Positions 26,633 to 39,291 of a stretch of 64,000 nt of DNA are shown one piece after another (the stretch's first letter is position 1; every line of letters starts with the position of its first letter). The notes under the pieces are model-generated. The model worked only from the letters and a program-made list of their open reading frames with translations. It was not told where the DNA came from and made no database searches. Origin of the DNA: Camelus dromedarius (lineage: Eukaryota); assembly GCF_036321535.1 (NCBI RefSeq), contig NC_087437.1, positions 69,938,001 to 70,002,000 on the forward strand, read 5' to 3'. The position numbers and the translations under genes are program-made.

Positions 26633-28545
26633 GTCAGCTGTAGACTGTCAAATCTGCCAAAGAAGGAAATGAATTGCTGCAAGTAGGGGGGTTTGGGTTA
26701 ATAATCTTGGAATTTAGAAAAGGAAATTCTTTGAATGTTTTACATTGAAATAGCAACAAAAGTTGACTCTTTTTTTTTTTTTTTTTTTAACCACAGTTGG
26801 TCCAGAGCTGGCCTATCCTAAGCACCCACTCTCTAACTCAAATTACTATGAGTTATCTGTGAAGGAGTGCAGAGCACAAAGGTGTGTACGAGTGGGAGGA
26901 GCATCCTGGAGTGGAACTTTGTGATTAATCTTCTGAAAATCTATGATTTCTGTCCACTGATGATTTGCTCTGCATCTTTTCCCTCATGTTTTACATTACA
27001 AAAGATGCAACTAATTTTTTTTAATAGTATATTCAAAGAAGAGTGAGCAGTTTGTTTCACTGGAGCATAGGGCATGTGGACAGAGAACCAGAATATAAAA
27101 GTTCCAAAGTTAGTTGGAATTTTTGGTTTGTTGAAAATTGCTGATTGGGGAAATGGCATGATTGGAAGCATATTTTAAGGTGCCAATGACAGTGGTACAA
27201 AGAATAAAACAAATTAGAAGATTGTAAGTTAGGAGGCTGTTGTACTTGGGCAGAAAATGTTAAAAACCTGCAACTACATGGTAGCAGAAGAAATAGCAGT
27301 AAAGGGATGACTGTGGTATACAATCTATCTGAGATGATACACTTAAGAATTATAGCCTTTTCCCATATGATATTATATAGTTCACAGGCCTCTTAAAGCC
27401 CAATCATGACACTATGATAGGAACCTCTGGATTAGAGACACATTGAAAGTTAAAAAAGAAAAAAAAAAAGGTAGAAGTTTGAAAGAGATTGGATGTGGAG
27501 GTGAGGGTGTTTCAGTCAAAGAGGACGTGATGGTTTCAAGCCTTGATGACTAGAAAAGGTGGGCTGCCATAAAAAGAAATGGGGTAAAAAAATGGGAAGT
27601 CAAAAAGACAAGTAAGTCTTACCATGTGAGGATTGTAGAGAAGATGATGTGCCTGGTTTTAAATATTTTGTCTCTGAGATTCTTGTGGGAGAGCCACTTG
27701 GATGTCGGGTGGTCACCTATATTTTTTGTGTCTCTGTTATTTTCCTGATAATTGATGTTTTCAACTCACTGATCACTCAAACCCTAGGATAAAGCATTTC
27801 CTTTGTTTGACACATGAAGCTTTGAGACTACGTAAACTGCTCAAGGTTATACAGGTCATTAGGTAGCAGAGTGAAACTTTGAATCCAGGTGTGCTGGACC
27901 ACAAACTGGTCCTCTTGTACTGCCCTACAGTGCCTCCCTGCAGGTGGCTATAAAGGCCAGGCTAAAGCTTAAAACTGCCTTTCTAGTTTGTGCCAAACAG
28001 TTCAGACTTGAATTGTTCTGTAAGCGTTTTTTGTGTTTGTCTGGTCTCCACATAAATTCTTTAAGGGTAGAGATGGCATCATAAATTTCTCTTGCCTCCT
28101 TTCACCGTACCTCATGCAGTTCTGGACACAGAAGAAGCCACACTGAATACTGAGATTGATCAATGATTCTGATCCCTGGTGATAACTGCATAACATCCTC
28201 ACATTGAGGCTGTAATCCTCATGAATCATTCATTTGGAAGGCTCCGTCTCCTTGGGTACAGAGGCAGGTATAACACAGGAGAGGAAGACGAAGCATGTAG
28301 AAATAGTAGCAAAATAATCAGTTTCATTCCCCAACCTCACCACCTCCCAGCCTCTGAACCTTTGTCCTTTTCTGTGTCCTACAGAGTCATTGTTGGAACG
28401 CTGAGGACAGTGCTTAGCCATGCTCTCTGGAGGCGGGCAGCATCCCTATGCTGTGTTCTCGGTGTTCCCACCACAGATCTCCACCATTCTTCCCTGTAAG
28501 ATTCATTAAATATCCCAGCCATGACTGAGCTGCACTGTAATATTT

Positions 28546-28800
28546 TTTTAAATTAAAAAAAATATTAAGTATAGTTGGTTTACAATGTTGTGTCAACTTC
28601 TGGTGTACAACATGTTTCAGTCATCCATATACATACATATATTCCTTTTCATATTCTTTTTTCATTAGAGGATACTAGAAGATATTGAATATAGTTCCCT
28701 GTGCTATATACTAGAAAGTTTTTGTTTACCTATTTTATATACAGTAGTTAGTATCTGCAAATCCTGAACTCCCTATTTATCCCTCCACTCCCCATTCCTT
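28546..28800 (-). mobile_element. 5'-truncated L1 3' end (camelid/artiodactyl type)
   Basis: 'tacaatgttgtgtcaacttctggtgtaca...gatattgaatatagttccctgtgctata...gtatctgcaaatc'. Probable TSD TGTAA(T/C)ATTT at 28536-28545 and 28801-28810. Confidence 0.9.
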
Positions 28801-30070
28801 TGTAACATTTGAGTCATCAACTCATGTCTGCTGATCTCATGCCACACAAAAGAGGTACTCAGGCCTGAGCAAGCTTTTACAGGAATAAAAGCAATTTAAA
28901 ATTATCAGCTGGACCAATTTTCCCCCTGTGATTTCCTAAAGAGCATAATGCTATAATTAATAATAGCTGCCATTTAATTGTCTTATCTACTATTTTGGGA
29001 GCTTGCTAGGTGCTTTAAATATGTTGATTTATTTAAGACCAAAGCCAGTTCCTCAGGAAAATGGTTCTCTGGGTTACTCTAAAGTCTGTGCAACAAAGCA
29101 CACAGGGATGAATAGGAGGTAGGATAGAGACAACCTGTCCAGCTTGAGACAGAGCTACTCAAAAGCCCCTGGATAATCCATGCATCCTTGAAACTTTTTA
29201 TTTTATGGGGACCCAGGGTTCCCTGTTAACAACATCATGCAAAATCACTAGGACTGTTTCTATCTTGTTTACTATTATATCCCCAGTACCTGAAATATAG
29301 TGACACTCAAAAATGTGTTGAATAGAAAAGTAAATGAATCACTGGATAAATGATTACATGTAAGGTCTTTTGAAATTTAGAAAACATGAGCAGTATGCTA
29401 AGCTACTGATCTGAACAAGAAAGAAAAGTGACTTCTGCTCCAAAATGGAATTCTATCCATCTTGCACATTGCTTGTATCCCATCATTACAGAGTGTCTGT
29501 TTCTACTAGCAAAGGCATATTAGACTCTTGGTGATCATCTGGAACTTAGAATCTGGCTATCAGGTCCCTTTATGCACAGACTGCTAGCTGAGGCATGACT
29601 GTGGTCAGAGTTGAAAAAGAAAGGGGAAGATAGGTCTGTGATGCTATTCCAAGAAGAATTAGAGACAGACTAAAGTAGGGCCCCAAGCTGTAGCTGGTCT
29701 TGTGAGAATCCAAAGACCTAGAGGTCATGAGTTAGCCCTCAAGAGATAGAGCTGAAAGCACAACCCTGAGCTGTTCTACTGCTGTGGGACTTCAAGGCAA
29801 GCGAAGCTAAGCTAAAAGGAGCATCTGCCAAGAGCAGCTGTCACAGTAGCAGAGAGCAGCCACGGGGAGTTCACCACAAACTAGAGAAAATTAGAGACGA
29901 TTGATCAACTGCAATTCTCCTCTCCAGTAAAGACAATGACAATTACTGCTGAATAAGTTAGTGAGGCCAGGGAGAGGAAAGCTATATGTATAATGGTTTC
30001 TTTGCAACACTACTAATATTCCAATATCTTTAGTGGGTGGCAAGAAGTAGGCAGAGGCTACAAATACCTA

Positions 30071-30460
30071 AGGCAGAGATTGCTAACTGTTCCCTACATT
30101 TTCATTTTCTTCTTATCCTTGGCCCATAGATAGACTAAATTTCTTAGCCTCTCTTGCATAAGGTTCTCACAAACAGAATATGAATGGAAGGGATATGTGC
30201 CAGTTCAGAGTTAAGCCATTATAAGAAGTAGGTGTGCTTCTTCCTTGCTCTCCATATTCGGCCAATGGAAGATGACAAAGCCCTAGAGAACAGCAGAGCC
30301 ATGATACTGAAGAAGTCTCAGTTCTTGAATTACCATATGGAGAAAGTCAGGTGCCAATGAGGAACTGTTGAATAAGGAAGAAATAAACTTCTGCTGTGTG
30401 AAGCCATTATTCAGTTTGGTGCTGTTTGTTCCAATGGCCTAGCTCATCTTAACTAAAACA
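30071..30460 (+). mobile_element. MLT1 (I/J-like) LTR
   Basis: 'ggcagagattgctaactg...tttcttagcctctcttgca...gaaataaacttctgctgtgtgaagcca...taactaaaaca'. Confidence 0.75.
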
Positions 30461-31815
30461 TGCCTCAAAATACATCCCCCAGACTTATGACAAGAGATGA
30501 CTGAGCAAAGTTCAGGAAGAAGACAGGATCCCTTGGTAAGGAAGGCCCAGCCTCCCTGATTACATTTAACAGGATCACACATGCTGTGGAAGGGAGTCAT
30601 CCATCCACAAGAGACACTGTCTAAAGTAATCTCCCCTCTTCCCAAGGGTGACATAAAGACCTCTTGCTGGTGTCATTAGGGTGCTGGGAGTACATGCAAT
30701 GAAGGAAACACTCAGGGTATGGTAAGAACATATAACAAGGGGTGTAATGAAATGAACCAAGCGTAATTACTCAAGGAACAGCTGAAAAACTGTCTAAGAT
30801 TCAGACCCAAGATTTTAAATGGAAAGCAAGATCATGGGGAGATTTAGGATGGTCAAGCTAAATCTCCCTGCCCACCTTGCTGCCTCTAGCTCCTTGGTTA
30901 TATGGTAGAGAAGAAGAGGATATTATACCAGAAAACTTCGTTGCTAGCTGTGTGTCTACTTCTAGTCCATCCATATATATTAGGTAGGGGTATCAAATTC
31001 CTTTAAATATCCAAAATGATCAAATTCTATCTGTAAAACCCAGAAGGTAATTTACCTTAGAGTTCTGGAATATGATGTAAAGGACTGAGCTTCCAGGAAT
31101 TAGTAAAGTTGTAACAAAATTTTTATAACATCTAAGGAGCTGTTCCCAATTTTGGATTCCCAGAAACACAATAACTCCTCAAAAGCATGAATGGAAATGG
31201 GGGATAATTATTTATTATTTTCAGAATTTCAGAAAGCCCTAATAGAATCCATATATTTATATTGAAGATCATGTTGCACTGACTATTTAAAATGCTTGTT
31301 TGTTGGTTTGACTGGAAATATATCATCTAGCATGACAGCAATGCTTGTTATCTTGTGTTGATCAGAAACTCAGATTAAACATTTTAGATGTTTTAAATTA
31401 AAATATACTAGAAAAACACTAATCATTATTAGACTAAAACTTATACAATAAGGGGCTATTATTAAAAGAATAATAATAAAAGGGCCTTTTGTTGGGGAAA
31501 AGGTGAACTAGAGTCAAGGGGCAGGGTAGGATTGAGGCATTCACCCCTCATGTTAAATCCAAAGGACATGAATGAATGTCCTCAGCAGAGACTACCCTGA
31601 ACGCCTCATTCTATTCATTTCTGAAATGGAGGTACTAGCTCTCTTGACATCTGTCTTTATTATGGACATTCTAAGAAATTGGTAAGAAAGCCTGTATAAA
31701 GTGTAGCTGTCAAGAGATAAGGAGGGAGAGTAGCAGGGAGAGAGGAGAACAAGTGCACATATTTGTGTAATAATAAGAGACAAACAGAACTATTATAGAC
31801 ATGCTCCTTTTCAAC

Positions 31816-32282
31816 TGTGGAAATAAACAGACTGCCCAAATGAGAACAATCAGGCTTTAATTCAGTGTGTGCTGCATAGAAGGGATTCAGCCACCATCAC
31901 ATGAGTTTGGGAGAGACTCAAGGGCAGGCAGGGGAGTGGGAAAGCTTTTTGGTGGAAAAAGGGGAAGACCTGAGGTGTGCTCTGATTGAAGGCTGTTGGC
32001 ACAGGGAAGCTGGAGGCGGACTAACTAGAAGCAGGGCAACTGATGGAATTGGTCTGGGGAGCATATTCGGCTTTCTCTCTCATTGGTCCTAAATTAGAAG
32101 CAGGAGGTGGGGGGACAAAAAATTAGGGTAGCTGACAGTCACTGGCCTAGTCCTGGACTCTCTGGACTGGTGGCTGCGGAGAGTAAGGCTTGCCTTCCTG
32201 CACTGGTTGCTGCAGAGGTTGTAGATCGGAACTGTGTAACCTTATGTGATCTGACCCTTTCCCATTTGTATTCTGTCTTTCA
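31816..32282 (-). mobile_element. ERV1-class solo LTR (old eutherian, MER89/90-like; subfamily uncertain)
   Basis: TG...CA termini, several antisense CCAAT-type boxes and the repeated 'ctggttgctgcagagg'-type unit. Confidence 0.7.
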
Positions 32283-33195
32283 TTCCTCTCTCCTCAACAC
32301 ACACTCATACTGGGATTTCACTTCTTTCCTCTCTTTCCACCATCTCCTGTTTCTACCCTCTCCCAGTTTTATGCCACAGCCTTTTAAATGCAGTTCCCCT
32401 GGCCTGGCTGGTCCTGTACCTTGACCTGACTATGTAAACACTATCCTCATGTCAGGGCAATTTAAGCGCCATTGCCAGTCATTAAGTTTTCTTGGATAAT
32501 GCTTGCTTCGAGTAGTTTTACTTTTCTCTATGCTCCTACTGCATTTAGAATTTGTGCTACATCATTAAACACTTGATTATAAAATGATTTGAATTGATTT
32601 TCATTAATTTGGGCATGTTAATCTTATCGCTTCAACCAGATTATAAATTTGAAAGTGGATATCATAGCTTATACTTTCTCTTATATTTCACAATACTTTG
32701 CACTGTTGAGTCCATGTAGTAAATTCTCAGTAGACAACTGCTAATTTAATATTTTCTATACACACTATTTAACTGCAGGGATAAAAGGGAACTGACTCAT
32801 GAATTTATTCATCACCATTTCAGATGCTGATTTCAGCCTCAATCATCCCAATTTCCTTGCAACTGGAAGATTTTACACACCAATATTCCAGGACCCAGAA
32901 GAAGGGCTTCTCTCAAATCAAGTGAAAAGGAGAAAAGACCCTGGTGATTTTTTTTTTCAACTTATGAGCCCTGTACAGCAGTGAACCTTCTAAACAATTC
33001 ATGAAGTTCATATTGGTTTTTCAACAAGAAAGATGTGGGTGTCGTAGGGGGCAGAAGGAAATAAAAGAAAAGCCAAATGGCTCCCTGAATATGTGGCAAA
33101 AGAAATGGGAATTCACGTGAAGAGCTGTATGAGTATGGATGTTTTGCTAATGAGAATTCTCTGCATAGTTCTGAGAGGACTTCAAATAAATTCTG

Positions 33196-33305
33196 CTTTT
33201 TGGTGGGGGGGTGGTGGTGATTAGATTTATTTACTTATTTAATGGAAGTACTAGGGATTGAACCCAGGACCTCGTGCTTGCTAAGCACGCACTCTACCCT
33301 CCTTC
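33196..33305 (-). mobile_element. tRNA-Ala-derived SINE (vic-1 type) with an internal deletion
   Basis: Homologous to 3029-3128 ('gggattgaacccaggacctcgtgcttgctaagcacgcactctacc'). Perfect 16-bp TSD CTTCAAATAAATTCTG at 33180-33195 and 33306-33321. Confidence 0.92.
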
Positions 33306-33486
33306 CTTCAAATAAATTCTGAATAGCAGCTGGAGTAGAATCAAAAAGAAGAAGTTGTAAATATCTGTTCATCCAAAAAGCAAAACAAGGAGGTAGATTC
33401 TAAATATTTGTGTGTGGACAATCCAGCTATGTGTGTATGCACGAGTCTATTCACTGGTGCAGCTCTTTCTAACTGGGGGGAGAACC

Positions 33487-33655
33487 AGTGGTGTGCTGGA
33501 GTGCCTCATCCCAGTTTATAAGAGCTGACTGTCAGAAATTTTGCTGGCCACTTGTTAAATCATTAATGGCTTGAAATCAGCCACATCGGGAACACACCAT
33601 GGAAATTAGCAAACTACAAATCAGGGCTTTTCTTTTCCAAGCAGACTAGTGGTAG
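33487..33655 (+). mobile_element. MER63-like hAT MITE
   Basis: Starts CAGTGGTGTGCTGGAG; contains 'ttgaaatcagccac...caccatggaaattagcaaactacaaatcagggc'. Confidence 0.7.
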
Positions 33656-34804
33656 AAAAGTAGGATCATCCATCTTCCTTTCCAGGGAGCACTGTCAGGG
33701 AAGGGCGGGGGTAATCTGACAACTCCTACATTTTCTAACTTCCATAAAGAGTACCCTAGAGTCAGAAGTACATTGTTAGAGTTGGACGACACCACAGAGG
33801 TTCAGAAATGAGAACTGACTTGCCCACGCTCATATAGCCAGCCTGATCACACAGAGAGTCTGAAGAAACACCCATCACTTTCTGGAAATGCATGTAGTGT
33901 CTGATTATTCAGGATGGTATATTTTCCTCCCTCCTTCCTCTCACATCAAGGAAAGCTCCTGCTGATAAGGCCAGATCACTCTCTTGTGTCAGAGCCTAGC
34001 TCATAAAATGCTATTAAGTGAATTACTGATGACCTAATTCCCAGCTGCAGGACACATTCCATTAGAGGCAGGCTGGCTGCCAAGTAGTGTCAGCGGTGAC
34101 TGGATAGTAGGAGTGATTGAAACCATCCTGCCTTGGATGGCTGGGCCTTGGAGAGTGCAGTTCCTGGTGGGGAGGAGGTGCTCCTCTTCCCCAACGTCCG
34201 TCCTAGGTCTTTTTCTGGGAACTGAATTCATCAGCTTCAAAGAGAACTTTCTTGAAATACCAAGGGTCCCTGTTACAGAAGCAGCTAAGGTAATACTTCC
34301 CCAATCATAAATATCTAGAATCATCAGCAGATTTAATCACTACCATCCATAGCACCAACTTGCAAATATTGTTTGCCAACCACATCATCACTTCTTTCTT
34401 GCTTGCCTTTATTGTCACCTGTCTGTCCTCCTACTTCTATATGTTTCATTTTCTAAAAGGACAATGAGTTCCTACATGGTAATATGGTGGGGAAAAGTAG
34501 AAAGGGTATGGTCTATTTTTAACTTACCCCAGTACTCCACACATGAGAATTAAGTTTCTATTGGGGAACAAAACATATGGCAAATTGAAATTAGGATAAA
34601 AGTCCCATGTGGGTCATTTTATAGCTGATATTTACTTCTCTCAGAATTGGTATAGAGGTTAAATAAGATCAAGTATTTTGTAAGCTTTATAAAGCAATGT
34701 AATAAATGTAAACATTCTGTTAGAGGTTAAAGAAAAAGTGGGAAAGTATTTAAATTTCAAAGGAACTTGGGATTCAGTTAGCCTTTACAAGTGTGGGAAA
34801 TCAT

Positions 34805-34978
34805 GCAGCAGAACTCACACAGGACCAGGAGGCAGGAAACCTGGGTGCTAATGTTGGCTTCATGTCTAATCCACTCTGATAAAGTCACTCATCTCCTGAC
34901 TCCTACTTTCTCATCTGTGAAATGGAAAAGTAGACTGGAAGATCACAACATCCTTTCTAGTTCTGAAATTTCTATCTT
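34805..34978 (+). mobile_element. MIR3-like SINE
   Basis: 'ggaggcaggaaacctgggtgcta...tttctcatctgtgaaatgg...tcctttctagttctgaaatt'. Confidence 0.7.
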
Positions 34979-37099
34979 TAAATCAAGATGAGAGTAAACT
35001 GGAAAATTTATTCATTCATTGTTCATATCCTAACCTATTCATTAAGTGCTTCAGACATCCCATCGTTCAGTTTTTTCTCTTAATCTCACTTCTCCACCTT
35101 TCTCCCTCTCCATCTTTGTATTATTTATGACTCATTTTTTTTCTTTATGATTTTTATTTTGTCTTCACTACCTCTGTTTCCAGCTTTTAGTGGTGTCAGG
35201 TGGGCACTCCTTAAATTACCAAACTCATTTCTAGGAACTGTTATGTCAAACCGACTACCACCACTAAAATGTACTGTATAAGTGCATTTGACTGTGTTTG
35301 GACAAATGAGGTGCCCATGTGTCTGCCAGTGTTTATTTGAAGTTAAGAAGACAGAGGGTTTTATCAGTTATCCAGAAGCTTGGCAGAGCGGCCTGAAAGG
35401 AAGTAAACTAGGAATCCAAAGATTCTGTGGTAAACCCTATGACTGAGAACGATAAAATAAAAAGAATGAAAATAAGTAGATTCTTGGCATTCTGTGCTTT
35501 CACATTTTATTCATCTAAAAATTGCTAATGTCCTGCTACATTGCCAAAACTCTGGGGAGATGTTTTTATTATACGTATGTTCCTTAATCAACTGAGAGTA
35601 GGACCTAGAAAATAAACCTTCAGTAACCAATATCTCAATGAAATTATGACCAGTTTGAGCATATATGGCTTTCTTCTTTACTTCTTTCTAAGAAATAACT
35701 ACCCTCCTCTAATCCCGTTACCTCCTAGTATCGTCCGTCCAAAGGCTTACAGCCCCAAATTACAGCCTTTGGCTTCCTAGACCTTTAACGTATTTCTGAA
35801 TTTTTCCTAATTTCAGAAAGAAAATTAGAAGGCTCATGACTGAGCAATATGCACTAAACTCAGACCATAAGTGACAGGTATTTCAAAAATTTCTCCAACA
35901 TTTGTGATGTTACTATTATCTCTTCATTCCTACATACCATGACTCTGAGAAGGAGCTCCAACTGGCACAAATTTCTCCTTTATTTCAGTCCTATCTCAAC
36001 TAGACAAGTTTCTTAATGCCCTTCATACTCATACAGTTCTCCCTCAGCCTGAACTCATACACATTCTAAAGCACTCTTTCTCACAATTCTAGCCTTTGGG
36101 TCTATTTTAAAATTAGAACCTTTGAACCTCTAATATCAAAATATTGTGGTTTAGTCAGTGGTGAAAACAGAACAGAGGCCAAGCTAGGACCAACACAAAG
36201 TCCCTTATAAATCCCAGCAACAGAAATAATAAGTCATCAGAGAGGAAAAAAATGTGGAAAATTAGCTCACTATGTCACTTGACAATTTTGCAGACTTGGC
36301 ATCTACATCAGGCAATTTGTAAAACTCCTTTTTCTATTCTATCCCTACAGAAGGTTTCCCTGTATCTTTCTCTTTTGTGTCTATTATAAAAGGCTAGACT
36401 TCAGAGGTATCTAATATAAACTGTTCTTTTCTTTACTGTATTATAATTAATTTCACCTTCCCTGGACTTCCCATGGTATTGACTACCTGCTGCCTGGCAC
36501 TATTGGTCATTTGTAAGTGAAATCTGCCATCCCAATCAGAGTGTACGCCCCCTGAAGGCAAAGACCGTCTCATTCATTTCGCACACACTGGACTCACAGT
36601 AGACCTCTGAAAGTGTCTATTAAACTGAATTGCTTTCTCTTTGTGAGACTGGCAGGCACTCTGATGGCTTATAATAGTTTTTCTTTCAAACACTTCCTTT
36701 TTTGGTGCAAACTCCACGTGACCCACAGTTATCTAGGGCAGTAAGTAATGTTTAAGTGATTATAGCAGAAAGCTGAAATTCCACCAGCACTCTGGGAGTT
36801 GCAGTCAGAGATCAGCACAGCTACCTGCTTAATATTTCAAAGAAGTGGCATGGTCCTTTCATAGAGGTTTCTGCCATCGATCCTCTCTGAGGATTCATCA
36901 CCCAGACACATTTAACATTCAGTAGGTCAGACCTTTATTCGAGATGACATCATCTGAGCCGTTGGTGCAATTCAATCTTAGCATATATCCTGCCCAACCT
37001 CCAACTCCTCCTCCTCCCCCATCCTTTCATTAGGGATTCAGCCAATAAATAGCAGGTAATCCACAGCCCAGAGATTTTATTTAGTGACATTGTAGGGGG

Positions 37100-37710
37100 A
37101 AGGGTGGAGAGTGAAAGCGGTGTGGCCCCTCCTACACCAGCAGTGAGCCTTTAAGACAATTTGAGACTCTGAACGGAATGAAAACTCTCCCTTGCTTCAT
37201 GGAAATGAAACCGAGCAGCGCTATCAGCCCGGAGCCCAGACCAAGACAGCGGGTTGCCAGTCGCCTGGGTAATTCTGTCCCTTACAACTTGAAATCAGAC
37301 ATAAGTCTTTAGAAGGTATTTCTCACGCGTGAAATAAACACCTCTCTGCCCCCTGCTGCCCCTGCGTGAGGTGACTCAGTAACGGGATTTTTCTTCTCCC
37401 GTTTGAGTCCTTGAACACCCACAGGCTCACCTCCACCATCCTCCCTACTCCGGTTTCCTCCTTTTTACATCCCCTTCCCCCACTTTTCCTCAGTCAAATA
37501 GAAACGGTCAGGTTTCCCTCCTGCTCTGGAGCCGCCACTGACATCAAGTAGGGTCTCCATGGAAACCAGGAGGCGCATACCTGTCTCCTGCTGCCCCAGT
37601 ACGGAAAGAAGGAAGGAATTCGGGAATCGGGGTAGAGGCTTGGCAGGGTATGGGGGAGCTGCAAGGACACCCTCCCTATACTAAAGTGAACTTGGTTGAA
37701 CTTGGTGAGG
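37100..37710. promoter_or_regulatory. Locally CpG-enriched putative promoter/enhancer/insulator
   Basis: Visibly higher CpG density than the flanks. CTCF-like GCAGCAGGGGGCAG (- strand, 37346-37359), AP-1 TGACTCA (37372-37378), X-box GTCTCCATGGAAAC (37553-37566), DR4 (37687-37702). Confidence 0.6.
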
Positions 37711-38009
37711 AATAAATTGCATTCAGGCAGAGGGTGATAACGTAGAAATAGAAGGAGCCAAGAGCTGAGACTCTCTTAGTTTTAGTTTCAGCCTAGAAAC
37801 CCTCAAAGGAGAAAACAGTCCAAGAAATCCCAGGGTCCTCCCACTGGTCAATTTCTTATGTACCCAGTAGGGCTTAGCCAAATTTGGAGATTATTTAGGG
37901 GAGTCAGTCTCTGTGTGTAGTTACAGTGAAGCAGCTGACACACCCTTCTCAAACAAAACACTTTCCTGAAAGTGCTTTAAATGAGCGAGAGCCAACATCA
38001 CTGCAGCCT

Positions 38010-38195
38010 CCAGTGTGCCTGGACATTCTACATATATTCACTCACTTTATCCTCAGGAAGCTGGCATTATGACCCCTACTTTACAGACAAGGGAACAAGC
38101 TCAGAGAGATGTTACTCTTCCAAGTTGATAAGATAGTAAGAACAGAAATTTGAACCCAGGCTATGATCATTAAAGCCCAGATTCTTTTCCAGTTA
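38010..38195 (-). mobile_element. MIR SINE
   Basis: 'cccctactttacagacaagggaacaagctcagagag...aaatttgaacccagg'. Confidence 0.75.
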
Positions 38196-38541
38196 CAGTC
38201 TATAAACTTCTTGGCCTTATATTTTCTTTCATAAAGAATCTAAGGGAATCTCTCATTTCTTCATTGGAAAGAAAGAAGTAATGATCATGACAACTGTTCA
38301 TAAAGAGACTAGACCGGACATCTAAGAACACTGGGTTGAGTCTGTGAAGGTCTAGAAGTGACTGAGTTGGAGACAGCTGCAATGACATTACCTCTTCATG
38401 ACAATGGCAAGGGTGGCTGGCTGATGATGCACACTTTTGGAGAAGCTCTTGGGATAATGAGAGGGTGGTAGACAGTTATTTTGTCCATAGCCTCACACAT
38501 GATGTAAAGTCTTGGAGAAAGCTGGACCTCCAGAGTAGCTA

Positions 38542-39195
38542 TGAAACCCAGCAGGAACTTTTGGGACCTTCTTGGGTATATGAGCCCCCCACAACTCACC
38601 ATGTCCCCCTTCTTTTGAAGTAAAAGTTTTCCTTCAGCACTCATCGCACTCCAGTCTCAAAAGGCTGGCTCAAGAGTAAATGATTTAAAAAACGTGAACA
38701 TGTAGTAACAAAGAATAGCAGTTGGGCTGGGGAAACTGGTAACAGTTCAAACAATAGATCACCCGTATAGCAGAGTCACAGGACATTTAGTTCCTCCCTG
38801 GAGGACATAGATAATGATGTCTAATGCACATTCTTAAGTTATTTTTATACAAACCATACTCTCATCAGATAGAAACTGCTGACCATAAGCACAGAGACCC
38901 CAGACTGATTGGAACCAGAAGGTTGATGATGTTGACTCCTGAAACATTGTCCTGCTATGTCAACCAATCAGTCCACGAGCTGATCAAGCACCTTGCAATC
39001 TACATCCCTAATTTTGCCTTTAAAAATCCTTCTCTGAAAGCAATTGAGGAATTTGGATCTTTTAAGCATGAGCCGCCTGTTCTTCTTGCTTGTCACCCTG
39101 TAATAAATGCTGTACTTTTCTTCATCGCAACGTGGTGTCAGTAGTTTGGCTTTGCTGTGCAGACCTGAGTGGACTCAAGTCCAGGTTAGGTAACA
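38542..39195 (+). mobile_element. Full-length ERV solo LTR, 654 bp (ERV1-like)
   Basis: TG...CA termini, 4-bp TSD GCTA (38538-38541 and 39196-39199), CCAAT box, TTTAAAA TATA-like box at ~39019 and AATAAA at 39102-39107. Confidence 0.88.
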
Positions 39196-39291
39196 GCTAT
39201 ATCTTGCTGGATCTCTATTTTTCCTTCTCTTGTTTGCGGTAACACATCCCAGTTCTGCTTTGGTTCTTCTCCTTAGTATATTAAGGATCCT

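Noticed and set aside
27936..27949. CTCF-like CCTGCAGGTGGCTA
   Set aside because: Isolated imperfect match at a MIR edge with no supporting context.
34034..34324. 96-aa minus-strand ORF with a possible acceptor
   Set aside because: No recognisable protein family and no convincing donor; other frames are closed.
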